This document shows, one piece after another, positions 1 to 14,478 of a stretch of 64,000 nucleotides of DNA. The DNA is from Felis catus (Eukaryota). Each line of letters starts with the position of its first letter. Positions within the stretch are counted from its first letter, which is position 1. A program made the translations under genes and the position numbers. Below the pieces are notes generated by a model. That model saw only the letters and a list, made by a program, of their open reading frames with translations, had not been told where the DNA came from and ran no database searches. The stretch covers positions 40,736,001 to 40,800,000 of the forward strand of contig NC_058368.1 in NCBI RefSeq assembly GCF_018350175.1, read 5' to 3'.

Positions 1-247
1 TCTTAGGGGATATTAGAATAGCCCTTTGAAAGAAAACCCATCAGCATTGTATATATACCACATATATATTTATTAATCTACAGAATTTTGTAATGATATT
101 CTAAAAATTTTTCAAAACTTTCAGGTTTATATTTCCATGTTTATTCATATTGCAAACTCATCGTTAGTTACTTTTACTATAGTTTTAGACTTTTAAAATA
201 CATGGGTGAAATGCTTAGTTTCGCTGCACAAACTGTTAAGCAGAAAC

Positions 248-377
248 AGCAACGACACCTAAGAACATGTTAGAAATGCAGAATCTTGGGCCCCACCCCA
301 GATCTACAGAATCCGATTCTGCACTTTAACAAGATCTCTAGCTAATTCAGTACATTTAAATGTTAGAGATACGCAGT
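248..377. mobile_element. MER5-type hAT-Charlie DNA transposon fragment
   Basis: tgttagaaatgcagaatcttgggccccaccccagatctacagaatccgattctgcactttaacaagatc matches the recalled MER5A core. Confidence 0.8.
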
Positions 378-3129
378 TTTCATTTGTGAGTCTTGTATAG
401 CAGCTGTAAAATTACTATGTGAAAGCAATGAAAGATTAGTAAAGTCAGCCTGCGTGTTACCTACTTCTTATATAATTAATATACACTTCCAACAGTGGTT
501 ATAGTTTTTAGGTGAATGGTGTTTACTTGTCAGCCATATTGATTTCTTCTTCATTCACATCTGTTTGATTTTTCTTAGATACATGAATTCAGCAACCAAG
601 TGTTGCATATGATTGTGCATTAAAAATTCATTATGTTAATACATTTTTCAATCAGAAGCACTTAGCCAGTTTATATGATTCTTTTATTGTTCTTATATTC
701 TTATATTGTTTTGTTTATTATGTATATTAAATCAACATAGTTTATATAAGGTCTTTTTTTACATGTATGAAAGGAGACTGAATAATAAGAAGAGTGGAAA
801 TGGGATTCATTTGTTTTTCTTTTGGTTAGCTAGACATGGCACGAAATGAAATAAAACATACTTAAACTCATTTGTTCTCAGTACAATAACCTTATAATTT
901 CAGAGACAGACTGTGGTCCACGAGTCACTCGTGTGGCTCATTTGAAATGTTTGAGCTCTATTTTCTTAATCCCAAATCACCATGGAGTCTACTTTTTTTT
1001 ATTATTATTTCTGTAGCATGATTAACCCATTTTAATATTAAAAAGAGTATCAAGAATACAAGAAAAGACATTTAAAGAGAATGGATAGTCCACAGAGAAA
1101 CATTTTAAGATGTAATGATTACATAATTTGCAAGATAATTGAACTCATTGACTCACACACTCATCTCTGAGTAGTGGTCCTTGCCTTATACTCAGAGCAG
1201 TTTAATGTCAACATCTTTATATGTTGTGTAAGTAAAGAAGAGAAGGAAAACTCAGACATTGTGCAGTATGGATAATTATATATATATTTTTAAAAAGGAA
1301 TATATTTCATAATAATTGAGAGTTAAGTAAAATAATTTGACAAATATATGTGTTTCAAATAGAATTTTATCCAAATAAATACATCCATTGTCCCATTCAT
1401 AGTTAAATGAGACATTAAACAGTGTAGGCAGAGCTTTTGCCTGATAAGTTACTTTTGGGGAACTTTTGGAAAGATTTGAGACAAACAGAAAGTTTGGCTA
1501 ATTATTGCACAATCGTGTTTATAAAATGCAATGCTATGCAAACTATTTAACTGCATCACACTCATATATGTAGAGATGAAGTTTATTTGCCATGGATGGG
1601 TGAATATTTTTGATGTTATATAAGGGAGGCTTTCAAAATAATTGTGCAATGATATCTTAAAATGTCTTAACATAGCTCTAGTTCCATTTTTAGTTACAAG
1701 AGCTGCCTGAGTAAAGTTCTGAGTTACTTCATCATTTTTCCTTCATAGTGGGTGAAATATCCATACTTTATATTTGGCATCCTTTTCCCCCAACATCTCA
1801 GGGCTCATCTGCCAGCCTGGTTCTGATCCACATATGAATTGACATAATACTTCTCTTGGGAGACAAATTATATGAGGAAATGCAAACAAGAAAACCTTTC
1901 CTAACTGTGTGACTCACGTCATTTGCGAGACCAATGAGAGAATTTGGGTCCCATAATGAAGTCTAATCCTGAACGTTACCACCTACACTACTTAAGCATT
2001 TGTAATAACTACACTCGATATATCATGTAACCTGGATACCTTATACTGTGCTCTTCTAGGTAATTACTCTAGGCATACATTCTTGGTCTTATGATTAATC
2101 TTCACTGCCATTTATGGTCAATTTGTTTGCTTTTTAGCTTTCATCCCGTTTCTCCTGAATAACTCAATAGTTCAGGGGCAAATGAACAGCCAAGGCTAGT
2201 AAAGGGCTACATGACAATTGTGTTTTGTGAGACAAGCCTTAGCAAAACTACTAAATGAAATCTTAGAATAAAAAAGTGTCTTCTCTCCAATTCTTCACTT
2301 TTCCCCTCTCCTCTCTCCTAGTGTCCTCTATCCCTTATGCCTAAAAAGGCAAGCGGGGAACTCGGGAATTCAATGTAATCCAAAGTTGCAAACAAATCAC
2401 AGCTCTCTTCAAGTGTTTCACACTCCAGTATTAATTACCCATCTACCTGCAACCATAAAATCCCTAATTCCCCTGACATCATTAGAAAAACAATCTGATT
2501 AAACACTTAGAATCATGGATAGCGGTTCCATTAACAGTTTCCAAAGTGTGTGATTATTCACTGGATATCTTTCTATAATGTATAAATATTTGGGTAAATA
2601 TTCTAGATTGATAAATGATTTCTTTCCTCATAGGAGGTATTCAATAATATTTGTGGAATTTTTGGTTAAGTCCATATTTGAAAGGAAACAAAACCTAACT
2701 GAATGACCTCTAAGAAATCTCAAGTTCTCTACAGAACGACTGAATTTCCTCTATAAAAATCAGATCTATGTTCAACATCCTTGAAGAATCAATAATCAGG
2801 AGAGAATTGATCAGAATTCTACAGGTTTTTCTTTTGGTTAGAAGTCAGTAATTTAAACACCTGATGTGATATCAATAGCATGCCTAAGGAATGGATACCA
2901 CTCCCATTTTTAGGCAAATTAGACACTTATGACTCTTCCCAATTCAGGGACCATAAGGGAAGCAGCTGGAAATGGCAAGAGCAGATGGGGGTAGGTACTG
3001 AATGCCAAGTGAATGTCTTTTCTTCATCAGGGAAAGGTTTAGTTTTGAAGCATGTGAATGTCAGCCAAGAGCTTTGTGTAAAACTTTGGCATAGAGCAAA
3101 TTAAGCAGAGCTTCAAAGAGTGATATGAT

Positions 3130-3133
<4 letters not shown>

Positions 3134-3174
<41 letters not shown>
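3134..3174. repeat. (TA)n microsatellite
   Basis: Direct reading. Confidence 0.97.
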
Positions 3175-3176
<2 letters not shown>

Positions 3177-3513
3177 CCAATTTCTATTTTAACTTTTTGA
3201 CTGTTCAGGGTTGCTGAGATAATTGGTCATAAATATTATTTTTTCTTCCATTCTCTTTCCATTCCATTTCATTTACATCTTCACTTTTGGAGAGAGAAGC
3301 CAGGAGAATAATGTCCTTTTCTTAATGTATCAGCTTACCCTACTGTCTTTGTATTATATAATATCAATGGATAAGTGAGAGACACTATGAGACGACGTTG
3401 CATGAACAAGAGGGAACATAATCTGAAGGTGGAAGAAAAAGACTCTTAGGGAAGTTGAGCTTGTTTTTGTGCCCTATGGTAATAGACTTCCATTCTCTTA
3501 GATTCCTGAAATT

Positions 3514-3727
3514 GGGGCATTTGGGTGGTTCAGTGGGTTGAGTGTCCGACTTTGGCTCTTGTCATGATCTCGTGGTTTGTGGGTTCAAGCCCTGTGTTGG
3601 GCTCTGTCCTGACACTCAGAGCCTGGAGCCTGCATCAGATTCTGTGTCTCCTTCTCTCTCTCTCTGTCCCTCTCCACTCGCTCTCTGTCTCTATCAAAAA
3701 TAAACATTAAAACATTTATATAAAAAA
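3514..3727 (+). mobile_element. Can-SINE (SINEC_Fc-type)
   Basis: tRNA-derived head ggggcatttgggtggttcag, (CT)n, aataaa plus A-tail. TSD agattcctgaaat / agatccctgaaat. Confidence 0.95.
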
Positions 3728-4009
3728 AGATCCCTGAAATAGACACCCAGGGTTCTTACAGTGGTAAATAAATAAATGAATAAGTAGATAAATATTAGTG
3801 CTACTTAGTGGAGTGGGGAATAGAAAGAGAAGAATTTATATTCTTGGAGAGAAAAAAGTTCTGTTTTAGATATTTAACTTGAGATATTTACTAAATCAGT
3901 TAGTAATATGAGATTAGAAACCAAGGGTGAGGCTCATACTGGAGTTATAAATTTTGGCCTAATCAGCATATTGATGGTGAGTAAAGTTATGGCATTAAAA
4001 AATCGTCTT

Positions 4010-4245
4010 AATAAATAACGTGTGTCGAGCTATCAGCAGGTGTCGAGTACTATTCTAAATAATTTTATTAACTTCAAAAAGCAAGCCTAAAAAGTAGACA
4101 TTGTTACTGTCTTCATTTTAGAGGGAAGAAAAATTAGATCTGGACAGATTAAATATTTTCTCAGGACCACTTGCTAGTAAGTGAACAAACCTAAATCCCA
4201 GTCAAGCAAGTTTGCCTCCAGATCACATGCACTGAGTCACGGTAT
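4010..4245 (-). mobile_element. MIR SINE (ancient)
   Basis: cattttagagggaagaaaattagatctggacagattaaatattttctcaggaccac resembles the reverse MIR core. Confidence 0.7.
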
Positions 4246-4379
4246 CCCAATGTTCATGGGATAGAATTATAATAAATCATAAAAAAAGAAGTCCTAAGAA
4301 CATAAAATGAATAGCCAACAAAGCATACTTAGAATAAATGACAAATGAAAAAGCAATGAGTAGGGAAGATACGGTATAT

Positions 4380-4800
4380 ACTGAGTAGTGCATAACTTCT
4401 TTACTGGAAGCCAAGCAAAGGACCTGCTTTAAGAAGAATGAAGTGATCAGTTGTGCTAAATGCTGCAGAGATATTGATTAGGATTACACCTAAGCAGAGA
4501 TGTATAGATTTTATAAAAATAGGTTATTTGGTTTACTTGACAAGATTAATTTGTATCAAGTATCTATTAGTTTAGGTCTAAGTAGTATAAATGAAAGGGT
4601 TTCTGGAGTGGAGGAGTGAGGGCTTGTGAAAGACAAGAAGTGAAGTCCGTGAGTGTAAACAATTTTATGGGAAGATATCTATACTGTGAGTCAGATGGCT
4701 TTTGTATTGCAGGAGAAGCATAAAACTTAGAGAAGTTTTCATTATTAGTGGGAAATATAGCATGCTCCAATGCTATTAGGAAAGATACAGAGGGCATAAA
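4380..4800 (-). mobile_element. L2 LINE fragment
   Basis: gtgatcagttgtgctaaatgctgcagagatattgattagg is the reverse of the L2 RT motif region (DLSAAFDTVDH). Boundaries approximate. Confidence 0.6.
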
Positions 4801-4888
4801 ATACTTGATGTGATGCTGGAAAATTAGAGGATCCTTGAAAGACTAAAGTCATTGAATAGACCACAGAAGCATGATAAATGACTGCAAA

Positions 4889-4999
4889 AGTGGGACTTCT
4901 CAGACTCCATAAACACAAGAGCTGACCTCTCAAAATAAGTCTCTTTCTATACATCTATGTATATTGGTTCTGTTTCTTTGGAGAACTGTAACTCATACA
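4889..4999 (+). mobile_element. MLT2 (ERVL) LTR 3' end fragment
   Basis: tgggacttctcagactccataa...tattggttctgtttctttggagaactgtaactcataca. Confidence 0.7.
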
Positions 5000-5110
5000 A
5001 GCATCTTATATGTCCTGGTCATGGAATAGACGAATGAAATAGGAGTGGGGTAATAAATGTTTTGCCTTTTAAGAACCGTAAGACACTTTTCTCAGCCACT
5101 GACTTCTTGT

Positions 5111-5327
5111 TTATTTACTTATTTTTAAGTTTATTTATTTTGAGAGAGAGAGCAAGCAGGGGAGGGGCAGAGAGAGAGGGAGATAGAATCCCAAGCAGGC
5201 TCAACGCTGTCAGCACAGCCCAGAGCCCGATGTGGAGCTCACACTCACAGAACTGTGAAATCATGAACGGAGCCGAAATCAAGCTTAATCAAGCTTAACC
5301 AAGTGCCCCGATGCACTCAGGTGCCCT
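5111..5327 (-). mobile_element. Can-SINE
   Basis: tttatttattttgagagagag...ggggcagagagagaggg...caggtgccc. TSD cagccactgacttcttgt / cagccaccaacttcttgt. Confidence 0.92.
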
Positions 5328-6131
5328 GGCAGCCACCAACTTCTTGTGAGTATGAAAATACCCACAAGAGATCAGAACTCCCTTAAATATTCTCTGACTC
5401 CAAAATGAGGAAATCTCACAAGAAATAAAAGTAAATGGCATTTTGCCTTTTGAATTTAATTACAAATAAATTAGCATCATCACATATGATTGACCCAGTA
5501 GGTCAATAACAAAGTACATTTTAATTTTTATTTGGAAAGTTATCACAAGGTTCTAGCCTTTTTTATGTTAATAGGGAGAATCCTTGTGTCTTGCTTGACA
5601 GTTTTAACATCTGCATACTTCAGCTATTTAGTTTTACCTCATCAATCTTGCAGTGCTGTTGGTCGGAAAATCTGATCCATGATAATTTAGGCATGAGAAC
5701 ATCTGATACTCAGAGAGCCTGAGATTCCTGATGTGACTTGTAATAGCTAAGCATGGGATTTTCAACCCAGGTGCACCTTATCAGCATAACTATGGCACAA
5801 AATAAATCATGCCATCATACTATTTTTAAGTTACACAAATGTACTTTAACTTCTTCATTCGAAGTATTATAGTTAATTTCAGGGTAATAGTAAGGTGTTT
5901 TGAAAGTTTAATGTATCTGCTTGCTTTTAAACATACCAAAATTAAAATGCTGTAAGAAAAAAATGCAACTATAACTTAGTACCGTTATTTGATTTTTATG
6001 CTACAAATAAATGCCCATTTCTCATGATTATAGAACAGAATGAATACAAGTGGTAAAGTGGGGTTTTAATGCAACCACCAATGATTTTCCAAAATCGTAC
6101 CTATTGAGTGAAAAGATGAGTCTAGAGGACA

Positions 6132-6133
<2 letters not shown>

Positions 6134-6177
<44 letters not shown>

Positions 6178-6192
6178 TATACATACATACAC
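6134..6192. repeat. (CA)n microsatellite
   Basis: Direct reading. Confidence 0.97.
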
Positions 6193-9100
6193 AGTCATTG
6201 CAAAGCCTACATGAAGGTTTATAAGAATACAATATTCATGTCTATTACTTCTTTCTGGGTATTGGATAGAGTGGCTCTTTGTAACTTCTACCATTTATAT
6301 TTATGCTTTAGAGGGGATAAAGCTCTTGGGGAAATATAGCAGCAACCATAAAACATGGAATTGCTTAGCACTAAGAAAAAAATGTGGAGCATATTAGAGG
6401 TATCCAAATGAGGGTAAATAAACAGACTTATTGAGAGTTAGAAAGTATCTTCAGCACTGTACTTTATAAAGATTATCAGCCAGGGAGCTATTTAGCATAC
6501 ATGTTTTGGAGTTCCACTCTTTAAAGATTGCAATTCAGTTGTTGAAGAATTCAGAAAGTTTGTACTTTTCAAAAATGCTCAGTTAATTCTGATTTATATC
6601 TGGGTATGAAAACCATTGTTTCATATTGTCAATTTATGGATTTGTATTAAAAACTTGGTAGTTATATAAATGGACTTTTAATTTGAATTAGTTTGAATTT
6701 GTAAGATAATCCAAGGAACTGCATATTCTTTTTATGTAATATTCCTGTCTGTTACTTCTTTTCAAGTGTTGGGTAAGATTATTCATTATATTTATCATTA
6801 TCTAACATCATGTCTTCAGTAACTAACCAAGTTTTTCTGCACACATATTGAGAATTATATACTTGAGTATCTTGTGATCAGCTACAGGTATATTTATAAT
6901 TTATTTTTATGCATATCCATAAAAATAAATTTATTTTTTTACTTTCCAGTTGAAGCCAAAACATATATCATGAATAAAATTAGAAGAAAATATATTCCAA
7001 ATGAAAAACAGGTTTATAAAGAGGGGATTTATTGAAAAAGTTTAAGATCTGTAGTCAAAAATTAAGAGAAACAACACAAATTGATATAAACATTATGAAG
7101 TACAGTTCCTTACACATCATCTCATCTAATTCCATGATTATATCATTATTTCATAAGACAGAAATTACCTAAAAAGTACAATACATTTTCTAGGATGCAG
7201 TATTTTGGACAAATAGAATATTTCTAGCATGAGAATATATATGGAGGGTGACAAATATGTGCATATTAAAAATTAAAAGCACAGCAAGCAAATACCCTTA
7301 GGCAAAAATGAACTGTTTACTGTAGCCAAGAATTTCCTTGGTTTAATTCCTGCTTCTCTCCTTTGTGTCCACATCTGGCACTGATTCTTTCTAAAAGCAC
7401 TGCCAAGCAAGCTAATGAAATGCTTCTCTGAATAGGTATTATTTGGTTTTCATAGATAAACAAATGGTTATATATCTCATATTGCAATTAAGCTCTACCA
7501 AATTATGCACATACTTTCTGAATATGCACTGACTGTTATTATTAATATTTAGGCACATCTGTGTTCTCCAATCATATCATCTGCAATTGAAGAAATGCTA
7601 GAGCACATAAAACAGAAGTATTTGTCACCAATTCAGAAATTAACCATCATTCAGAATTGTGCCAATAAGCATATTGAGTTTCACTTTAAAAACTTATTTT
7701 AGATGCTTTCTTGTTAAGGAATTCCTTAGTAGAAACACTTAGAAGAAATGTTCAAGTAAATGAAACTTCCACAAAAATATTTATAATATTCCTCAAGGAA
7801 ATAAAAAAAAATTGTTGAATGAATGTACTGAAGTTTTTAATGAAAGACAAACACCCATGGAAATCTTTATACTTTACCGAGAGTACATCTTGAGATTTAG
7901 AGGATAATCTCTATTTCTATGGAAATTACCCCAGTTTTTAAACACTTCAATTGGATTGCGGTTAAAGAATCTCCAGCATGTGAATTTGTGGTAATAATTT
8001 CATCACTTATTAAGTTTAGACTTTGAAAAAATACCTCCGATTTTGGTGGCGAAGCAATGGATATATTTAAATGCTCAATAGATACTAAATAAGAATTTCA
8101 TTTTGACTTCAAATTAATTTTTTCCTACTTTATTTTGGTTTTCATAGTAGTAAAAAAATAGTAATTCTGGCCTAGCATATAAGCCAAATTGTGCATCTCT
8201 ATTTATGTATGTTATGACTGTATGTATCTATAGCCATATCCACTTCTGTATTCAACCAAAACCCAGTCCATACTTTTACCATTTTATCTGTATCTAACTT
8301 TACATTGCAGTTTAATAATGCAGAGTTCATCTGCTCACAAATTCTATAAAACTTAAAAAAATAAGCTTAATAATAATACATCTATAAATTTTGAGGGGAA
8401 TTAAATTTATTGTATTTTTTATATTAGTTTAGTTATTTTGATTAATGAAATGTTATTGTTTACTTACTCTATACAGGAAACTATTTTAGGTTTACTGCTT
8501 CCTAGGTATTTATAACCCGTTAGAAGATTCAGATACAGAAACTGATCACTTTAAAAACACTATGGTTAGGTTAAAGGTTATGATATACATTTTATAAGAA
8601 AGTAGAAGAGGATTACCAAATTTGGAAGAATTGGATTAGAAAATTCTTAGAAAATATAGCTTAAATTGAGTATTTATGGATACTTTGGCATTAACTAAAT
8701 GGCAGGGCTTTACAGAGAGGAATCATTTTAGTTAGCAGAAGAAGAGTGCATTCAGGCGAGATAATGTTGCTGGTGGTAAAAGCAAATCTCATACTATGGA
8801 GGGCCATGAATGCTATGAAGGAATGAGGATTTTCTCAAAGTTTTGAGGCAGAAAAAACGACATCGCAAAATCTAAGAGTTGGATTGCTAACTTGTTCAGA
8901 AAAATGAAGGTAAGATTTGAGATAATTCAAGAATGTGACCAGGAAATTCAACATGAAGGCTATGTATTACTTTAAAGACATGTTCCAGTATCTTAAAATA
9001 AACACAAGCAAGGAAGATTGTGCTAGAGATAAAAAAGTGATAAAACCAGTCTAAGTGTTGACTTGTAGAAAATGAGGAAGAGGAAGTTGAAAAGAAAGAC

Positions 9101-9360
9101 TTCTAGATTTCTGGTTTGATTGATTAAGCAGATGGTGATGCAATCAAAGGGGTTAGAAATTCTCAGTAGAATAAAAAAATTATTTGGGAAATAATGATGA
9201 ATAATGTTATATTCTATTTTGGACTTGTTAGTTGTCCTTTTTTGGTGACATGTTAAAACAGAATTATTCAGATGATCATTTCTAGGGGTAAAGGAGAAAA
9301 TTTTGAAATCCTATAGTACAGCACTAAAAGCACATAAACTAACATAAGAACCCATATATA

Positions 9361-9564
9361 TTTTTTTTAATTTTTTAATGTTTATTTATTTCTGAGAGAC
9401 AGAGAGACAGAGAGGGGCAGAGAGAGGGAGACACAGAATCCAAAGCAGACTCCAGGCTCTGAGCTGTCAGCACAGAGCCCAACGTGGGGCTCAAATTCTC
9501 AACCGTGAGATGATGACCTGAGCGGAAATCAGATGCTCAATGGACTGAGCCGCCCAGGCGCCCC
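9361..9564 (-). mobile_element. Can-SINE (SINEC_Fc-type)
   Basis: T-tail, (GA)n, ends actgagccgcccaggcgcccc. TSD core aagaacc. Confidence 0.95.
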
Positions 9565-9952
9565 AAGAACCTGTATTTTGTAAATAAAGCTCAATGTTGT
9601 TTATGCAAGGAACACTTTTCAAACATATATTATGCCCCTTTTAGGTGCTAAGCACCTGTATGATCTTGGACATGTCTTACATCTCAGAGATGAAGTAAAT
9701 TAATACCCTCTTCTCTCCAAATCTATCTGTGCCTCAATTTCGTTATGTAAACATTGAGGAAAATGTTCCAATATCAAATGAAGTAATATATGAAAATCAT
9801 ATATAACATATAATGTATAAGAACAGTATATAAAATATAAAGGAAATATAGCTATTGTAATCAAAAAGATGGGAAGTGTAATTCCTCATTAAAAATTGCA
9901 GACTTGTTAAGAAACAGATATTCAATTTTTTTGTCTTTAAGGGGCAGTTTTT

Positions 9953-10170
9953 GGGACGCCTGGGTGGCTCAGTTGGTTAAGCAGCTGACTGCAGCTCAGG
10001 TCATGATCTTGTATTCCGTGAGTTCAAGACCCACGTTGGGCTCTGTGCTGACAGCTCAGAGCTTGGAGCCTGCTTCAGATTCTGTCTCCCTCTCTCTCTG
10101 TCCCTCCCCCACTTGTGCTCTGTCTTTCTCTGCCTCTCAAAAATAAAGAAACATCATAAAAAAAAATTTT
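9953..10170 (+). mobile_element. Can-SINE (SINEC_Fc-type)
   Basis: Head gggacgcctgggtggctcagttggttaag. TSD aaggggcagtttt / aagggacagtttt. Confidence 0.95.
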
Positions 10171-13100
10171 AAGGGACAGTTTTCCCTTCCCTGGAGGTAG
10201 GAAAAAGAAGAATGTTATCAATCCCACACTGAATTCTTTTCTAGACCTAAACCAAAGGATAATGGGCAGGCGTCCCCAGGAAGTCACACTCTGCTTACAC
10301 TCAGTCACTAAGTGAAAGCAAAATCTATTTACACTTAATGTAAGTAGTGTCAGCCTAGTTTGTAGAAGGGAGAAAAAACAATCCAAGGATATGTCTTCAA
10401 TAACTATGAACAAACTTCTGCCTAAAAACATAATTTATCTCTCCTTTTTTCTAGACTTTAATGCCCACTCATGTGGGTGAATGGTGAAAATAAAACTGAC
10501 AATGTCTTTGTAATTATAATATATGTATCTGGATTCCCACTTGATTCTAAACAAGGTCAGGGAAAAATACTTGTTCTCTTAGGGTGCACTAAGTTTCTAA
10601 GATTCACATAATATGGACATAAAATTTATTTCCTAATAGTTTCTGTTCTGGTGAGTGTTACTGATTCATTGATGGATTTTCTAATGTTTTTCATGTATTT
10701 GTATTAAGATGCTTGATAATCATAAAGGACCTCAATTTAACCACTTCTTGAGAAAAAATATGTCAGTATGACATATTAATATTTAACAGTTAATACTTTC
10801 TGATTCAATAAATTATAAAGAATGATTTTGTTGATTTGAAAAATATTTAAGAGATGTGTGGTCTCAGTGACTTTTAAAATTTAGAAATAAAAGTTTTTTT
10901 TCTTTTATTCTTTTATAGTCCTTCTTATGTTTTTCATAAAATCATTATGTTTTATTATAACATTTCACTCCATTTATAGTGAAGAATACATTTTAACCAC
11001 AAGAGAAAAAAAAACACATTTACTCAACCAAATATACTTAATTGATTTTTCCATTCTAACAAACTTACAAAGCTTTCTTAAGTGATAAAATAGATGAAAA
11101 TTTAGAAAATGAAAAATACATATTTAAAGGCAAAAAGGAGAACATTAGAGATTTAAGCTCTGTCTACAGTGTGCTTTGCAAAGCTGATTTGTTGGAGCAC
11201 TTAGCCGTAGTCTGACTAATATGCTCTCAAAAATTAACAAAAAAACATGGGAATAGAAAATTGGTTTCTCTGGATCAAGGATATCATTACTATTCTTTAC
11301 TACTGAAATATTTCCTTAAAGCACAGTCTGAAAGAAAATGGAAGTATTGTCATTTTCACAGAAAGACTGTAAACCACTTTGTGAATATTATAAAATGAAT
11401 ATTCTTAGTGAAGTAACCAAAGAGTTAAGTTAATATATCAAAATAATATTTTTCTGATGAAATAATGCTAGAGCAGTTCAGATCTATAAACTGAAGGCAG
11501 ATTTAGTTTGTAAGAAAAGAAGACCAAAGACGTGTATCTTACACTTGAAGGTCAATAGATTCAGTTTCCATCAGATTAGGATAGATGAGTTCGAGAACCT
11601 CATGAAAACTCTTCCTTCAATTTCTACTCAGTTTGTCTTTCTGCTAACTGATGATATCAGTTACCAGAGGGCAAGGTGAGAAAAACAGTCTGTAGGTAAT
11701 CCTTACAAAAGAACATAAGGTGTCTGCTAAAAATAAGCACTGTCATTGTGCTAAGGTCTAATAGGAAGCAGGGTGCATGTCAGGGAACAGGTATGGGACA
11801 CAGCATAGCCTGGGCTGGGGGAGGTAATACAAATCAGGTGTAGGCAGTAGTAACCCAGGCCATGATGGGTATGAAGAGCAAGAAAACATAGTTGCTACAG
11901 GTCACAGTTGGTATCAGGGATAGTTGGAATTAGAGAGACAAGGTCAGGTCCAGTTGATAAGCCCATCTATTGAGATACAGTGCTCTGGTTCAAGGGACTA
12001 GACATGAATTCATTTGAAGCAGTCTTGCCCTAAATATATAACTCCTTAATAAAGGAGATATTCTAACTGTATCTGGGGAAAGATTGAAAGTAGCTTTAGA
12101 AATACTCAGATGAATCAGTTTTCTGGTTGACAAAGGATTTCTATTATTTTTTATAATTCTTGTTATTATTTGTGAATAGGAGAGGGGGTGGTGAGACTAG
12201 TGCATATGAAGTTAAAAACAAAACAAAACAAAACAAAACAAAATATAGCCTCTTATCTGGAACTCCTTTGCAGTTCAGGTCCTAGGCACAAAACTCTGAA
12301 TAGTTACTATTCCCAGGAAAGTGTCTATCTACTTGGGTAGGGAAGCATTTGTACATTTCTAGGACAAGTCTCTAGCAAATAAATCTCATAATTTCTTTGT
12401 ATTGCTTTTGGTTGGATTAATCAGTCATTCTGCAATATGAAATTTATTGAGAGAAATAATAATCGTAGGTATTCAGGATGGCTATCTATGGCTTAAATGG
12501 ATAGAATGAGACAATGAACTTTTTCTATTAAATTTTATATCATAGTTTCTAGTGATTTCTGAAAGCTAGTTTCCAAGGTGATTTGGAAAATCATTGTTTA
12601 AATACAAAATCTGAACTGCAATTTGAAGTAAAAGAATAAAAAAGACCAATAGTAGAGTCAACGAAGTATCTGATTGGTTAGTATATAGAAATAAAATCAT
12701 TTCAACTAGTACTAAATTGAATTCTAGCCCATAATAAATATGAAAAAAATGTGCAAAATTCACATATAGAAGTACACTACAGGGTCATTGAATATAAATT
12801 AACTCAGAGGTAAAAAAAAAAAAAAACTTTCAAGGTGCAAGGAAAAGGAAACAAACCATGCCCTGAAATTTTAAAGTGAGAATAGAATAGGGGCCACAAT
12901 TCAGACCTTTATTTCTTTAATGGAAGTGATTGCATATTGATATATCTGACGACACTGCCAGTGCAGAGGAGTGTGCAGTGTAAGCACATAAGTAATCGTT
13001 AGAAACACATTTCTACCTTCATTCACGCATTGGGCTAATAGCTGTGTAATACCTGTGTTTGTATACACCTCCACAGACTGGGTAGATCATTAACTTAAGT

Positions 13101-14249
13101 ATTTTCTAGCTCATGTTGTTTTCCATTCCACATGTGCTAAGATAAGTTATAAATCAGCAGAAGCAGGGATATACCACCATATTTCCTGTATTTAAGCTCT
13201 TCAAAAGAAAGATTTGTATCCTAATCATTATATTTCCATTGCTTAACCTTGCCTAGTGCAAAATGAAGTACTTCAAAGATATTTTTCAACTTGAATTGAA
13301 GAATTCTTCAATTAAAAAAAAAACTATTGAGAACACATAGTTATTTCTACCTCTAGGGGTGTAAATGAACAGTCTCTTTGCCCTTATGAAATTAATAATT
13401 AATTTCATTAATTAAATAATAAATAAAAATGGTTTTATAAATAGAATGTGAGCGTGTATGTAAGTTTTCATAGAGATTATCTTAATTAAGAAAACCTAAC
13501 ATAGTTATAGAGCATGTGTTCACCATGCTTGGAAACTCATAATTTTTAGAAATAGTAATCTGTCTATGTAAATGTAGTTCTCTTCTTCTGTGTATGTCAT
13601 GTAGGGTCAAGTAATTGGCCTTTAGTATTTTCCAAATAGAGGCCTGGGTGTGTATTTTGTTTCCAAGGTCAGGTAAACATGTACCAAACTACTAGCATGC
13701 TTAAAATGTCTGTGAATATTCTTCTTTCTATCCTCTCCATGACCTCTAATATTGATTTTTTTAATCTGGCTATAATACTGTATAATCTGGGTTGTTTCCT
13801 GCACCTTGAATGTAAAGTTTATATTTGCATTCTTAGTATCTACAATAATGCCTTTATATGTTAGGCTTCAGTAATTTAAAGGCCATGAAATTTGCTCATG
13901 AGTACATGAAGACCAGTAGTTAAATGATTTGATGCAAGAAAGCCTTTTTTCCCCTTTTTATATAAAAAGTCTATAGAACCACATCAAAATCAGTAGGCCT
14001 CAGATTGATACATATATTTAGTAATTTTGTAAATGAAGAGAGACTGCGCCATCAACTTTGACACCCCACAGTAGTGCATCATTTCTCATTCTAAACTCCA
14101 GAATTAGTAAAAGTGTATTATTGCCAATGAGTAGAAAGTACATATTTCTTAGGTTCTGAAAAAAAATGTATTACTTGTCATATTAAAGAGCTGTTCATAC
14201 AATTCTATTTTGAGAACTGGTAAGTGAAGGGAAAAGTAAACATTTTTCT

Positions 14250-14478
14250 GCTTTCCATTTTGAACTGTATTCCTGGGAAGGTCAGAAAAAGCGGCCTAAG
14301 ACTCTAGGTGCTGAGATACCAGGAGGTTGCACCATATCAAGCACCACCTACAATCTCAATCTACTACATCCTTCTTGTCTGTGATTTATACTAGTAATAT
14401 TCTAAATATCCCAGTCTTTTAAAAAATGAATTAGATGTAGTTTTCTATTGCCTATAGCCCAAAAAACTTAACTAATAC
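14250..14478 (+). mobile_element. Old MaLR LTR 3' part
   Basis: Terminal ttttctattgcctatagcccaaaaaacttaactaataca. 5' boundary uncertain. Confidence 0.45.

Noticed and set aside
919..933. Palindrome CACGAGT-C-ACTCGTG
   Set aside because: 7-bp arms are expected by chance in 64 kb, and there is no other support.
3514..3590. tRNA-like A/B-box sequences at SINE heads
   Set aside because: These are tRNA-derived SINE heads, not tRNA genes.
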